Made by a program: the position numbers and the translations under genes | Assembly (NCBI GenBank): GCA_002840365.1 | Contig: PHAO01000001.1 | Span: forward strand, 441,337 to 505,336 | Length of the DNA: 64,000 nt | From: Candidatus Dojkabacteria bacterium HGW-Dojkabacteria-1 | GTDB lineage: Bacteria > Patescibacteriota > Dojkabacteria > SC72 | Direction of reading: 5' to 3' | Part shown: piece by piece, positions 37,677-47,984 of the stretch | Layout: each line of letters opens with the position of its first letter | Numbering within the stretch: position 1 is the stretch's first letter | Notes under the pieces: generated by a model | What the model saw: only the letters and a program-made list of their open reading frames with translations | The model's database searches: none | Told to the model about the DNA's origin: nothing

Positions 37677-38785
37677 TAAACTCTATTTATGTATTCTTTA
37701 CCTACATATATTAATGATATACCTGTTACAAGCATTAGTAATGATTGTATTAGGTAAACAGTAGATCTATCCCCTGCAGCTGTAGCAGCAAGTACTACTG
37801 TTGTAGTGCCTTTTACTTCTGTAGTTACACCTTGTACATCTCCATCATCATCTTCATCTTCACCATCCCCTGTTGGTAAACAGAGTGGGTCATCAGCATA
37901 TGTAGCTGTTTCCCAAGGACAAAAATCTCTTTCCTCGTAATCCTTCTCTATTTCAGTACTACATACGATTTCCGAATTTTTAGAATCAAGATTTGATACA
38001 ACTCTCTCTCTTACAAACCTGCTCTCATCCGATGGGTCCACAGTCCAATCGGACCATTCACCAATATATTCTGTTGTTTTTACGCAATAACATGGGGTAT
38101 TGTTTGCAGCCTTAGTATCATCCATAACCCATTGCTGTGTTGTATTGTTCCACCAGTATAGTATAACTGTTTGTGGTTTTTCATCGTATAAAGTTTCAAA
38201 AAGATACGGATCTGTAAATCTTGTTGCTTCGGTATGATTAAATCCAAACAACTTATCCAAACTATTTATTCCCCCTGGAACTACTTTATATCCTAATTGG
38301 ATAGGGAAATATGTATCAGACTTGTCTTTATGAAATACCCTCCAAACCCTTACCATATTGATATGGTCGTAACACATTGAGGTTAAAACAAGATCATGCT
38401 TCTCTTCTTCAACAATAGGCTTATCAATTAATAAAAATGAGGCATGAGAAAGATCTGCTATTTGCCCACCTGGATTAACAGCAGTACTTTCAACCAAGAC
38501 CTTATCCTTAGGAGGATTCACATCATAATATGTAACGACGGTAGATGCTTTATAACATACTTTTGAAACCAATTTCCCTGTAGGTGCAGTATATTCATAA
38601 GTTTTTGATGTTAAATCATCTATTTTAATCCAACCACCGCCTGTATTTGGACATGTTTCTTGACCCTGTCCTTGACCATTATTAGCCTCCACACCCTTAG
38701 GAGAAAGAGTTAAAAACAAACCTAATGTTAATGAAAAAACTAAAAGAAAACTCGCAAAGATTCTTAATTTACTTTGCATAACCAA
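37676..38785 (-). CDS. secreted cell-surface protein, paralog of 13067-13711, with C-terminal TM anchor
   Basis: Signal peptide; N-terminal 'TCPNTGGGWIKIDDL...CYKAST...VNPGGQIADLSHASF' domain aligns with the 13067 protein; acidic tract, then TM and 'KEYINRV' tail. Confidence 0.65.
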   Translation of the reverse strand: MVMQSKLRIFASFLLVFSLTLGLFLTLSPKGVEANNGQGQGQETCPNTGGGWIKIDDLTSKTYEYTAPTGKLVSKVCYKASTVVTYYDVNPPKDKVLVESTAVNPGGQIADLSHASFLLIDKPIVEEEKHDLVLTSMCYDHINMVRVWRVFHKDKSDTYFPIQLGYKVVPGGINSLDKLFGFNHTEATRFTDPYLFETLYDEKPQTVILYWWNNTTQQWVMDDTKAANNTPCYCVKTTEYIGEWSDWTVDPSDESRFVRERVVSNLDSKNSEIVCSTEIEKDYEERDFCPWETATYADDPLCLPTGDGEDEDDDGDVQGVTTEVKGTTTVVLAATAAGDRSTVYLIQSLLMLVTGISLIYVGKEYINRV

Positions 38786-38921
38786 TTAATGATAATTTAT
38801 ATATCATCAATCGGTTTCGCCACTCGCTATCCACTCTTTAGGCGACCATATTACCAAGAGAGGGTCACTGCATTTGATACATATATTTTACTACTCTAAC
38901 TATTGAAAATCAATATAGTAA

Positions 38922-40328
38922 ATGATAAGGGGATACATGTATAATGAGAACATGTTAACCAAATCAGATTTCCTAATATTCACAGAATCTCCCCTTCATC
39001 TTTGGGCAAAAGTAAATAGTCAGTACAAACGAATCTTTACAGAATATGATAACCATCTTACAAAACAGGGATATGAAGTAGAGAATCTAGCAAGAGAATA
39101 CGCAAAAAAATATTTAGGGAAAAATCCTCAATTTCAAAAAGAATACAAAACTGAGAAATTACTAAGTAAGGCAGATATAGTAGTTGGAAATAACATATAT
39201 GAAGTAAAGAGTTCTACAAATATAGAGAAGGAGCATGAATATGACTTACTGTTTCAATACTATGTATCTTCAAAAATCTCTGATATTAAGAAAATCTTCA
39301 TTGTTTACTTAAACAAGGAATATACAAAAGTAGGGAATATTAATCTAGAAGAGCTATTCATAGTAGAAGATATGACGGATTTCGTTAAAGAAAATCTTCA
39401 CTTAGTAGAGGGTTTGATAGAGGAAGCCCTCTTGGTACAAGAATTGAAAAATCCAAAAGGATTAAAAGAATGCTTTAAACCAAAAGATTGTCCATGTATT
39501 AATCTTTGTCATCCAATCTTACCAGAGTATTCGATATATGATATAGCAATGGCAAATGACAATACAAAGAAAAAACTTAAAGAAGATGGAATTTTGGATA
39601 TTAAAGATGTACCAGAAAATTTCAAACTAAGTGCAAAACAGAAAAAACAGGTCGAAGTTGCAAAGCAAGAAAAAATATATGCAGACAAAGAAATGATTAA
39701 AAAGGATTTAAATGAACTTTGCTACCCAATTCATTTCTTAGATTACGAAACTTATTCCTGGGCAGTACCAAGATATGAAAATCACAAGGTGTACCAATTC
39801 GTTGTATTTCAATATTCGCTGCATATATTAAATGATGATGGAAGCATGATACACAAAGAGTTTCTTTCAACTACAAAGGAAGATCCTATGAAAGAAATCC
39901 TTGAAAACTTGAAGAAAGATATTGAAGAAAGAGGAAGTATTCTTGTTTGGAATAAATCATTTGAAATGGGTTGTAACAAAGAAATTGCAAGAATATATCC
40001 ACAACAAGAGGAATATATACAGGAAATCAATAGTAGAATCTATGATTTAGGTGATGTCTTTAGTAAACAAATGTATATAGATCCAAAATTCAAGGGTAGT
40101 TGGAGTATAAAAAATGTTTTACCAGTACTTGTTCCCAATCTTTCTTACAAAGATTTAGATGTACAAAATGGTACTCAAGCTATGATAGGTTGGGAAAGGA
40201 TTGTATATGGTAATTTGTCAGAAAAAGACAAGAAGGAGCTATATAACTCACTACTTGAGTATTGCAAGCTAGACACACTAGCTATGTATGAAATATACAA
40301 GTTTTTAGTTACTTTTTTGAGGTCTTAA
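38922..40328 (+). CDS. Cas4/DUF83-like nuclease N-terminal domain plus DUF2779-like C-terminal domain protein
   Basis: 468 aa; Cys cluster 'CFKPKDCPCINLC'; 'FLDYETYSWAVP' resembles the D-x-E exonuclease-like motif of DUF2779 proteins; assignment from memory. Confidence 0.4.
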   Translation: MIRGYMYNENMLTKSDFLIFTESPLHLWAKVNSQYKRIFTEYDNHLTKQGYEVENLAREYAKKYLGKNPQFQKEYKTEKLLSKADIVVGNNIYEVKSSTNIEKEHEYDLLFQYYVSSKISDIKKIFIVYLNKEYTKVGNINLEELFIVEDMTDFVKENLHLVEGLIEEALLVQELKNPKGLKECFKPKDCPCINLCHPILPEYSIYDIAMANDNTKKKLKEDGILDIKDVPENFKLSAKQKKQVEVAKQEKIYADKEMIKKDLNELCYPIHFLDYETYSWAVPRYENHKVYQFVVFQYSLHILNDDGSMIHKEFLSTTKEDPMKEILENLKKDIEERGSILVWNKSFEMGCNKEIARIYPQQEEYIQEINSRIYDLGDVFSKQMYIDPKFKGSWSIKNVLPVLVPNLSYKDLDVQNGTQAMIGWERIVYGNLSEKDKKELYNSLLEYCKLDTLAMYEIYKFLVTFLRS

Positions 40329-41061
40329 GAATATTCCCTATTTCAAAAAAATCATTAGGAATAGTCATTATTATCTTCTGTGCAGGATCTGCTGATATCT
40401 CTTTTAATGTTTGTAATGTTCTAAGAGAAAGAGCTCCTTGATTTTTAGCTAGTATTCCAGCTGCCTCAGATAATTTAACAGATGCTTCTTTTTCACCTTC
40501 TGCCTTAATGATTCTTGCCTTCCTATCTCTTTCCGCTTCAGCTTGCTGTGCCATTGCTCTTTTCATATCTCCAGGAATTTCAATATTTTGCATTTCAACA
40601 GCTGAGATATCTACTCCCCAATTTTCTGCAGCGATATCTACGATAGCTTTAATTTGTTCAGCGACTGTAGTTCTTTGAGAAAGTAATTCATCCAAGGAAA
40701 CGCTACCGATAATGTCTCTGAGAGCTGTTTGTGATTTAGCTGAGATTTGATTAAGATAATTTTGAACCTTAAATATTGCTACTTGAGGATTAACAACCTT
40801 AAATCTAACGACACCATCTATCATACAAGATACATTATCCAATGTAATAGCTTCCTGCTTTGGTATATCCATTACTTGTTCTCGAATGTCTACTCTTTGA
40901 ACTGTCTCTATGTATGGAATAATCAGATTAAGACCAGGAGATATCGTCCTTGAGTACTTACCTAATCTCAAAACCAATCCTTTAAAACCTTCAGGTATTA
41001 TCCTAATACCAGCTAAGATAGTAACAAAAAAGAGAGTCAAAAGTATATAAAAAAATGCCAT
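40309..41061 (-). CDS. SPFH/band-7 (stomatin/prohibitin-like) membrane protein
   Basis: N-terminal TM; band-7 core 'LVLRLGKYSRTISPGLNLIIPYIE...'; Ala/Glu-rich coiled C-terminus. Confidence 0.75.
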   Translation of the reverse strand: MAFFYILLTLFFVTILAGIRIIPEGFKGLVLRLGKYSRTISPGLNLIIPYIETVQRVDIREQVMDIPKQEAITLDNVSCMIDGVVRFKVVNPQVAIFKVQNYLNQISAKSQTALRDIIGSVSLDELLSQRTTVAEQIKAIVDIAAENWGVDISAVEMQNIEIPGDMKRAMAQQAEAERDRKARIIKAEGEKEASVKLSEAAGILAKNQGALSLRTLQTLKEISADPAQKIIMTIPNDFFEIGNILKTSKK

Positions 41062-41160
41062 ATCTTTTTCCTACTTACTTTATATATCTAAATATACCTT
41101 AAATATCCCTCTAATTCAATATTTTGCACAAGAGTAGGTATTAGGATAGAATACAAAGAT

Positions 41161-41898
41161 ATGGATATGAAAGACAGTATTTTTGAAAAAGGTGAAATAC
41201 AATCAGTAATATTTGATTTAGATGATACCCTTTTTCAAACTGGAGAGTATTACAGAACAAACATGCTTAGTATGGCATCTTTTGCTGCCCAAATGGTAGG
41301 TGATTCTACACCACAAATTGCAGAAAAAATATTTCAAGAGGGAGTAAACATACACAGACAGAATGGTAGACCCGTGCTACTAAATGAACTTATGAAAGAT
41401 GCATTAAGAAGTATATATGGAGAGAATATGCCTCACCAGGGTCATTTACATAACTACATTGATCATATGGTTGAAGAATTTTACAAAGGAGTTCCTAAAC
41501 TTTTTCCAGGGACCCTTCCTGTACTGGAAATGCTAGATAGTAGGGGAATTGCTGTGGCTGCACATTCACATGCACAAACTGATTGGACAGAAAGGAAGAT
41601 TGAATATATAAAAAACAGTTTTTCAGATGAATATCAAAGAGAATTAACCTTACCTTTTCATTCAACTCCATTAGAAAGTAAAAAGGATTCATTGGGATGG
41701 GCAGAAGCAGTAAAAATTTTTGGATTTAATCCTTCAACCACATTAGTAGTTGGAGATAACCTTAGAGATGATATATTAGCTGCTCAAGAAGTAGGAATAG
41801 GGTATGTAATCCTTATAAATGGAAGATATTCCGAGAATACAGAAACTGAGAAAGAGATACTTAGAATAAATGATATTGGAGGACTGCTTGAACTTTAG
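41161..41898 (+). CDS. HAD-superfamily hydrolase
   Basis: Motif I 'VIFDLDDTLF'; motif III/IV candidates 'VVGDNLRDD'. Confidence 0.65.
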   Translation: MDMKDSIFEKGEIQSVIFDLDDTLFQTGEYYRTNMLSMASFAAQMVGDSTPQIAEKIFQEGVNIHRQNGRPVLLNELMKDALRSIYGENMPHQGHLHNYIDHMVEEFYKGVPKLFPGTLPVLEMLDSRGIAVAAHSHAQTDWTERKIEYIKNSFSDEYQRELTLPFHSTPLESKKDSLGWAEAVKIFGFNPSTTLVVGDNLRDDILAAQEVGIGYVILINGRYSENTETEKEILRINDIGGLLEL

Positions 41899-43229
41899 GC
41901 CATTCCTCTTCCTGCCATTACACCAGTTACTGCTGCTCCTGTAATAGAGCCAGAGAGACCTGCTGCATCTCCTGCTACAAAGAGACCCTTAATTGATGTT
42001 TCCATATTCTTCTTTGTTGATATTTTTGAAGATCTAAACTTCACTTCAGGGGCATAAAGAAGTGTTGATCCAGCATTAATACCAGGCATTACCTTATCCA
42101 ACAACTCCAACCCTTCTAAAATATTCAACACTATCCTATGAGGTAATCCCATTGATATATCTCCTGGAACAACATCTTTGAGAGATGGTTCAACAAAAGA
42201 TTTTTCTAATCTAGACCATGTAGATCTTCTACCATCTCTTAAATCATATACACTTTGCAATATTGGTTTACCACCACCCAATAGGGATGTTAATTCTGCA
42301 ATTGATTTAGCATATGCTATAGAATTTTCAAGAGGTTCTTTTAGATTGACTTCACAAAGGAAAGCAAAATTTGAATTTTTACTATCATGGTCCGAATTAG
42401 AGTGACCATTTACACAAACATAGTTTTCATATTCCTCTATTGCAACAAGACCATTAGGACAACTACAAAAAGTCCTCACAATATCTTGATATGTTTTAGT
42501 TCTTACCCTATACACTGTTTCATACAAAGTATCTGCCTGTCTTTTCATAACAGATGAAGGGAATTCTACTCTAACACCAACTTCAACCTTATCATATATG
42601 TACTGTATTCCATATTTATCTGCCAATGTTTGTAACCATCTCGCATTAACACGCCCTGGAGCAAGTAGTACCTTTTTTCCCTTTATCTTTTTCTCTCCAC
42701 ACTCAACACCTGTTATGGATCCTTCTTTAACTGTAATATCTGTTACTTTTGTACTATCTAATATCTCTACACCTTTTTGTACAAGATATTCTTCAAATCT
42801 TTGTACAAATGCCTTCAATTTATCAGTACCAACATGTCTTGCTTTTCTTGTAACCAACTCAATATCATTTATTTGTGCTTCTTCAATTAACTTCTTTAAT
42901 TCTTCTGTTTCTTTTGGAAAATATTCAGAATCAATCCCAAACTCGTTAAATGTATCATCTACATAGTCTAATATTTTTTGATATTCATATTTTGATATTA
43001 GATGGAATGCTTTCTCATGAGAAAGGTTGGCTGTTAAAGTTAATTTTCCATCTGAGAAAGTTCCTGCTCCACCGATACCAATCATAACCTCTGTTGGCTT
43101 CCTATCCTTAATTTTCTTCCCCATATCTATTAATAATATCTTTGCCTTTGGTTTCTTTTTTAATATTTCATAGGTTGCAAACATACCTGCAGGACCAGCA
43201 CCAACAACTATATAGTCATATATTTTCAT
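41895..43229 (-). CDS. FAD-dependent oxidoreductase (COG2509-like NAD(FAD)-utilising dehydrogenase)
   Basis: N-terminal Rossmann 'DYIVVGAGPAGMFA' and second 'GGAGTFSDGKL' dinucleotide-binding motif. Confidence 0.65.
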   Translation of the reverse strand: MKIYDYIVVGAGPAGMFATYEILKKKPKAKILLIDMGKKIKDRKPTEVMIGIGGAGTFSDGKLTLTANLSHEKAFHLISKYEYQKILDYVDDTFNEFGIDSEYFPKETEELKKLIEEAQINDIELVTRKARHVGTDKLKAFVQRFEEYLVQKGVEILDSTKVTDITVKEGSITGVECGEKKIKGKKVLLAPGRVNARWLQTLADKYGIQYIYDKVEVGVRVEFPSSVMKRQADTLYETVYRVRTKTYQDIVRTFCSCPNGLVAIEEYENYVCVNGHSNSDHDSKNSNFAFLCEVNLKEPLENSIAYAKSIAELTSLLGGGKPILQSVYDLRDGRRSTWSRLEKSFVEPSLKDVVPGDISMGLPHRIVLNILEGLELLDKVMPGINAGSTLLYAPEVKFRSSKISTKKNMETSIKGLFVAGDAAGLSGSITGAAVTGVMAGRGMA

Positions 43230-43315
43230 TTATATTTTCTTCTATATTAGACCGTAGAATATACTCTTTATGATATCTCTTTTCAATATACAAAAGTTAA
43301 AAAGATTGATGTATA

Positions 43316-43921
43316 ATGATTAAATTAGTTAGTTGGGAAAATACTATGGATCCAAAAGATACGAATTTTGAACAAAAGAGAGAATCTTACTTTGATGAAG
43401 AAATTCAAGTAGTAGATTATGAAGCTTTCTACGCAGATCTTTTCCAGAGACACACGCCTGAGCAGTTACAAATAGCAACAGATAGAATAAAAGAGGAGAC
43501 TTCTAATATTGAGATGGGGAGTACAACAAAATCCAACTTAGAAAGATGCGAAACTTTTCTTTCTGGCTTAGAGATAGATACAAAGGATAATAGCCAAGCA
43601 AGAGATATTTCTATATTAAGAGTATTAAAAATGGTTCCTGGTCTTTGTTCTCTTCAAGAAAATGAATCTGAAGAGTTTATTATTGGATTAATGATGAACA
43701 CAATTCATTCGTATGTCTTGGGTAAAGAGAAAGAATTTTATAGAGACTTAGTAACAGTGAATGCAGAGGGAACTAAACGAATATATACATATGATCAACA
43801 CATGAGAGAGAATGGTTGTGCTATAAATATTCAAAGAAACATTACTGATGTCGAAATGGGAAGAGTATTAGCACATGTAAGAGATATTGTTGAACAATAT
43901 ATTAATAGTTCTCCTGAATAA
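43316..43921 (+). CDS. hypothetical protein
   Basis: 201-aa ORF, no motif recognised. Confidence 0.4.
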   Translation: MIKLVSWENTMDPKDTNFEQKRESYFDEEIQVVDYEAFYADLFQRHTPEQLQIATDRIKEETSNIEMGSTTKSNLERCETFLSGLEIDTKDNSQARDISILRVLKMVPGLCSLQENESEEFIIGLMMNTIHSYVLGKEKEFYRDLVTVNAEGTKRIYTYDQHMRENGCAINIQRNITDVEMGRVLAHVRDIVEQYINSSPE

Positions 43922-43951
43922 CATTAATACCGTCTTTGTTTTCTCAAAAAC

Positions 43952-45472
43952 TTAAACTATACCAACAAGATTAATATATTCTTCCTTAAAATACGAATAT
44001 CTCTCTTCAGGCATTAACAAGACCTTGTCAATTCCCAATTGTCTCACAAATTCAGGTTCATGACTAACAAGAAGTATTGTACCTTTGTACTCTTTAAGTG
44101 CTTCTAGAAGAATCCTTTGAGAATCTGGATCCAAATATGTAGTAGGCTCATCTAAAAGTAATACATTGTATCTTCCTGCGAATATCTTAGCTAAGGCCAA
44201 TCTAGTTTTCTCACCACCAGAAAGAGTTTTTACTTTTTGATTAACCATCTCTCCTGTAATTAGAAATCTTCCTAAGAATGATCTTCTATCAATATCTCCC
44301 CAATCAAGACCATATACATTTTCTAAAACGGTCTTGTTGTAATTTAAATCCTCATACTCTTGAGAATAGTATCCAACATTTGTACCCAGTCCCCATGAAT
44401 ATTTTCCTTTTGTTTGTTTTAACTTCCCTGCAAGTATTTTAAGGAGAGTTGTTTTTCCTACACCATTCTTTCCGATAATGGCAAATTTTTCTTTCCTCTC
44501 TATTTCAAATGACACATCCTTTAAAACCTTAGTACCCTTAAGGTACTCCTTAGATATCTTTTCAACCTTTAGAACTAACCTTGCACTATTAGGAGGAGTA
44601 GGTATGCCGATTTTCATTTTCTTACTTTTTACAAGTTTTTCCTCTGTTCTCTTTGCTTCTTCTCTTACTTTTTCAGCTTGTTCAAATTTTCTAGCAGCTT
44701 TTTTCTTCTCTTTAGAGGAACCTCTTCCAGCTAATACTTTTGCACTTTCATATATTCTCTTTGCCTTTCTTTCTTGTGCCTTAAGAGTCTTTACTAGACC
44801 CTCTTCCTTAAGCTCCATTAGTTTTAAAAATTGATCATAGTTACCTTTGTATACTTCTACATTCTGCTCTCTTTCATTAAGGTACCAAATCTTAGAAATT
44901 CCTTTATTCATTACTCTTAGATCATGTGAGACAACAAGTACAGCATTTGGATAGGAAACGAGATATTGCATTAACCACTGAGCAGAGGGAATATCCAAAA
45001 AATTTGTTGGTTCATCAAGTATGAGTAAGTCTGATTTCTCTAAAAGTATCCTTATCAATTCTACTTTAATTTTTTGCCCTCCAGAGAGTTCACTTAATAC
45101 AGAATTACTGTTTTTATCACTCATATTCATATGACCAAGTAATTTGTTTATTTCCCATTCATCTACCTCCAATCCTTTCTCTATAATCAGATATTCACCT
45201 ATTGTAATCTTGATTTTTGGATTAACCTTAGATATTTCATTGTTAACTATCTCCTTATGAATTTCCTGAGAAAGGTATGACATTGAACCTTTGAAAGAAA
45301 TACTTCCTAAATCAGGTTCTTCGATACCTGCAACTATCTTAAGCAGAGTGGATTTTCCTGCACCATTAACACCAACCAACCCTATCTTTTCTCCTTGGCC
45401 TAAAAACAAATTAATCTTTTTTAATATATCTCTTTCTCCTCTTGAAAAGGATACTGCATTTATGCTTAACAT
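43952..45472 (-). CDS. ABC-F family ATPase (tandem ABC domains, EttA/Uup-like)
   Basis: Two Walker A sites (GVNGAGKST, GKNGVGKTT) and two signature motifs (LSGGQKIKV, LSGGEKTRL) in one 506-aa polypeptide without TM segments. Confidence 0.8.
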   Translation of the reverse strand: MLSINAVSFSRGERDILKKINLFLGQGEKIGLVGVNGAGKSTLLKIVAGIEEPDLGSISFKGSMSYLSQEIHKEIVNNEISKVNPKIKITIGEYLIIEKGLEVDEWEINKLLGHMNMSDKNSNSVLSELSGGQKIKVELIRILLEKSDLLILDEPTNFLDIPSAQWLMQYLVSYPNAVLVVSHDLRVMNKGISKIWYLNEREQNVEVYKGNYDQFLKLMELKEEGLVKTLKAQERKAKRIYESAKVLAGRGSSKEKKKAARKFEQAEKVREEAKRTEEKLVKSKKMKIGIPTPPNSARLVLKVEKISKEYLKGTKVLKDVSFEIERKEKFAIIGKNGVGKTTLLKILAGKLKQTKGKYSWGLGTNVGYYSQEYEDLNYNKTVLENVYGLDWGDIDRRSFLGRFLITGEMVNQKVKTLSGGEKTRLALAKIFAGRYNVLLLDEPTTYLDPDSQRILLEALKEYKGTILLVSHEPEFVRQLGIDKVLLMPEERYSYFKEEYINLVGIV

Positions 45473-45561
45473 AGCGAGAAATTATACATCACTACGAGAG
45501 ATATTTGAAATACAAAATAGTTTGTGGTTGAATATACATAGTAATTTTAAAAGAAAACATT

Positions 45562-46176
45562 ATGAAGAAAATATTTCTTCTTTTAACCCTCTCAATCCTT
45601 CTTGTCTCTCCTAATTTTGTATTAGCTCAAGAAGATCTTGAGGTTGAGAACCCTAAAGTAGATACAATATCCATGTTTTTTAATGATCTTTACGAAAGAG
45701 TACAACTTCTTTTTACATTCAATGAGGATGCCAAATTTGAAAAAAGGATGGAATTTGCTGAAAGGAAACTTGCACAAATAGAAGAATTAAGAGATGTCGT
45801 AGATGAAGAAACATTAAAGAAATTAGAAGAAAGATATGAATACCAAATGCAAAAAGCAGAAGAAATGGCACTTAAAAGGGAAGAGAGACAACAGGAAAGA
45901 CTTCAAAGGATTCTTGAGGCAAGAGAAAGACATATCCTAAGGCTATTACAGGTCTCAGAACAGGTCCCTGAAGAAGCAAAGGATTCTTTAGATATGGTAA
46001 TTGAAAAAAGTTTAGAAAGATATGAGAGTATTCCAGAGAAAATTCAAGAGAATTTACAAAAGAAAGAAGGGGTCAATATTGACAAGCCATTACCTGAAAA
46101 AGTAAGAAAAACTCCTGAAGAGATTGAAGAATACAAAAGACTCTTGAGAGAAAGTAAACTACAAGAGAACAATTAA
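45562..46176 (+). CDS. secreted coiled-coil protein
   Basis: Signal peptide followed by highly charged Glu/Lys/Arg-rich helical sequence. Confidence 0.45.
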   Translation: MKKIFLLLTLSILLVSPNFVLAQEDLEVENPKVDTISMFFNDLYERVQLLFTFNEDAKFEKRMEFAERKLAQIEELRDVVDEETLKKLEERYEYQMQKAEEMALKREERQQERLQRILEARERHILRLLQVSEQVPEEAKDSLDMVIEKSLERYESIPEKIQENLQKKEGVNIDKPLPEKVRKTPEEIEEYKRLLRESKLQENN

Positions 46177-46195
46177 CCTTATTATTTCTTAATCA

Positions 46196-47974
46196 ATGGA
46201 TAACTGCCAACCTTCAAGTAAACTTTCCAAAATTGTTGGAATAGGGGTATTAAGTTTGGGAATTTTACTGTTTTCAGTTATTACGATACTATTTGTTGCA
46301 AATGTATATCCAGGTAGTCGTCTTTTCATTGACTATGATGAGCCATTTTTAAACTCAAGATATATTTCTGATGATATTGCATCTGATACTTTTAGTGCAA
46401 ATGGCACGGAAATGTATCAAGAAAATATCATAAATGAGAAGCAGGGTGTACTAAAGGTTGATGAAAACAGAAAAGTTGTTACTTTCCAAAAAGACTTAAC
46501 TCAACAAGAGAAACAGAGTATTGAAAGTAAGTATGGTGTGAAGTTTGTTTCTGGAACTATCAGCGGGAAAATATATGTTCTAAATATATCCGAAGAAAGC
46601 TCTTTAGATGAGTTAAAATCAGAATATTCAACAGTCATTGAAACTGATATTCCCGTTAAAATTGCATCTGACATGATTGATTGGGGGGTAGCAAGAATAG
46701 GAGCGGACAAGGTATGGAATCAGAGTACAGGTAGTGGAGTAAAGATTGCGGTAATTGATACAGGAGTACAAAGAGATCATCCTGATTTAAGAAACAACAT
46801 AATTCAAGGATATGATTTTGTAAATGATGATAACGATGCAACAGATGATAACGGGCATGGAACACATGTTGCAGGCATAGCAAGTGCAACACTTAATCAG
46901 AGTGGAACAGTTGGTGCAAGTTACAATGCTCAGATAATGCCTATAAAGGTTCTAAATAATCAAGGTTACGGATATCTTTCAGACGTAGCAAAGGGAATAT
47001 ACTTTGCAGCAGATAATGGGGTCAGAATTATTAATATGAGCTTAGGTTCAAGTAGTGATTCTACTACACTTAGAAATGCAGTTACATATGCTGCAAACAA
47101 AGGTGTTCTTTTAGTTGCTGCAGCTGGTAACAATAGTGGTGGACCATGCCTTTATCCTGCAGCATATAGCTCTGTCATCTGCGTTGTAGCAACAGATAGC
47201 AAAAATCAATTAGCAAGCTTTAGTAATATGGGAGGAGAACTCTCTGCTCCAGGAGTCTCAAATTACTCAACATTCCTAGGCAGTTCATATAGATATCTTA
47301 GTGGAACAAGTATGGCATCTCCACATGTAGCAGGAGCAGGGGCAATCATTATGAGTAAGTGTCCAACTTGTACAACGTCCGAAGTAAGAAATATACTAAG
47401 AGATACAGCAATAGATTTAGGAGATACAGGAAAAGATATATTGTTTGGATATGGATTAGTAGATTTAGTTTCCGCTATGAATTACCTTTCTCCAAATGAC
47501 AATCCTCCCGTTGTAGAAGAACCTACTGAACCTACAAAACCTGCCCCTTCAAAACAGCAGCAACCGAAATCTCCTGAATCACCGAGAATGATAAAACAAA
47601 GTATAAAGATAGAGGAACCAATTCCTAATAGAGGTACAAAATATATTCCAAATTCCGTAGGAGATATCAATGTGAAATTTAGCTTAAATCCTATTGTTGA
47701 TAATACAAATCTTCAGAGTATATCTGTTTTAATTAATAACCTTGAAGTTTACTCAACTACAAAACAATCAGATACATATGTAATACCAAAAGAGATGCTT
47801 GATCACTCTCAACATTGGTTAACAGTAACCGCAACCTTTACTGATGGCTCTAGAAGTAGCGAAAAGATGATTCTTGATTTAACTTACTTTAAGACGTTTG
47901 AGAAAGTAAACTTTAGAGATAGGTCAGTACTTGGTGTATCTTTCTCTATTTTAGATTGGTTTAGATTTTTTTAA
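46196..47974 (+). CDS. subtilisin-like serine protease (S8), membrane-anchored, with C-terminal extension
   Basis: Catalytic triad motifs 'VIDTGV' (Asp), 'HGTHVAG' (His) and 'GTSMASPHVAG' (Ser); N-terminal TM. Confidence 0.8.
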   Translation: MDNCQPSSKLSKIVGIGVLSLGILLFSVITILFVANVYPGSRLFIDYDEPFLNSRYISDDIASDTFSANGTEMYQENIINEKQGVLKVDENRKVVTFQKDLTQQEKQSIESKYGVKFVSGTISGKIYVLNISEESSLDELKSEYSTVIETDIPVKIASDMIDWGVARIGADKVWNQSTGSGVKIAVIDTGVQRDHPDLRNNIIQGYDFVNDDNDATDDNGHGTHVAGIASATLNQSGTVGASYNAQIMPIKVLNNQGYGYLSDVAKGIYFAADNGVRIINMSLGSSSDSTTLRNAVTYAANKGVLLVAAAGNNSGGPCLYPAAYSSVICVVATDSKNQLASFSNMGGELSAPGVSNYSTFLGSSYRYLSGTSMASPHVAGAGAIIMSKCPTCTTSEVRNILRDTAIDLGDTGKDILFGYGLVDLVSAMNYLSPNDNPPVVEEPTEPTKPAPSKQQQPKSPESPRMIKQSIKIEEPIPNRGTKYIPNSVGDINVKFSLNPIVDNTNLQSISVLINNLEVYSTTKQSDTYVIPKEMLDHSQHWLTVTATFTDGSRSSEKMILDLTYFKTFEKVNFRDRSVLGVSFSILDWFRFF

Positions 47975-47984
47975 TTTATAAAAA

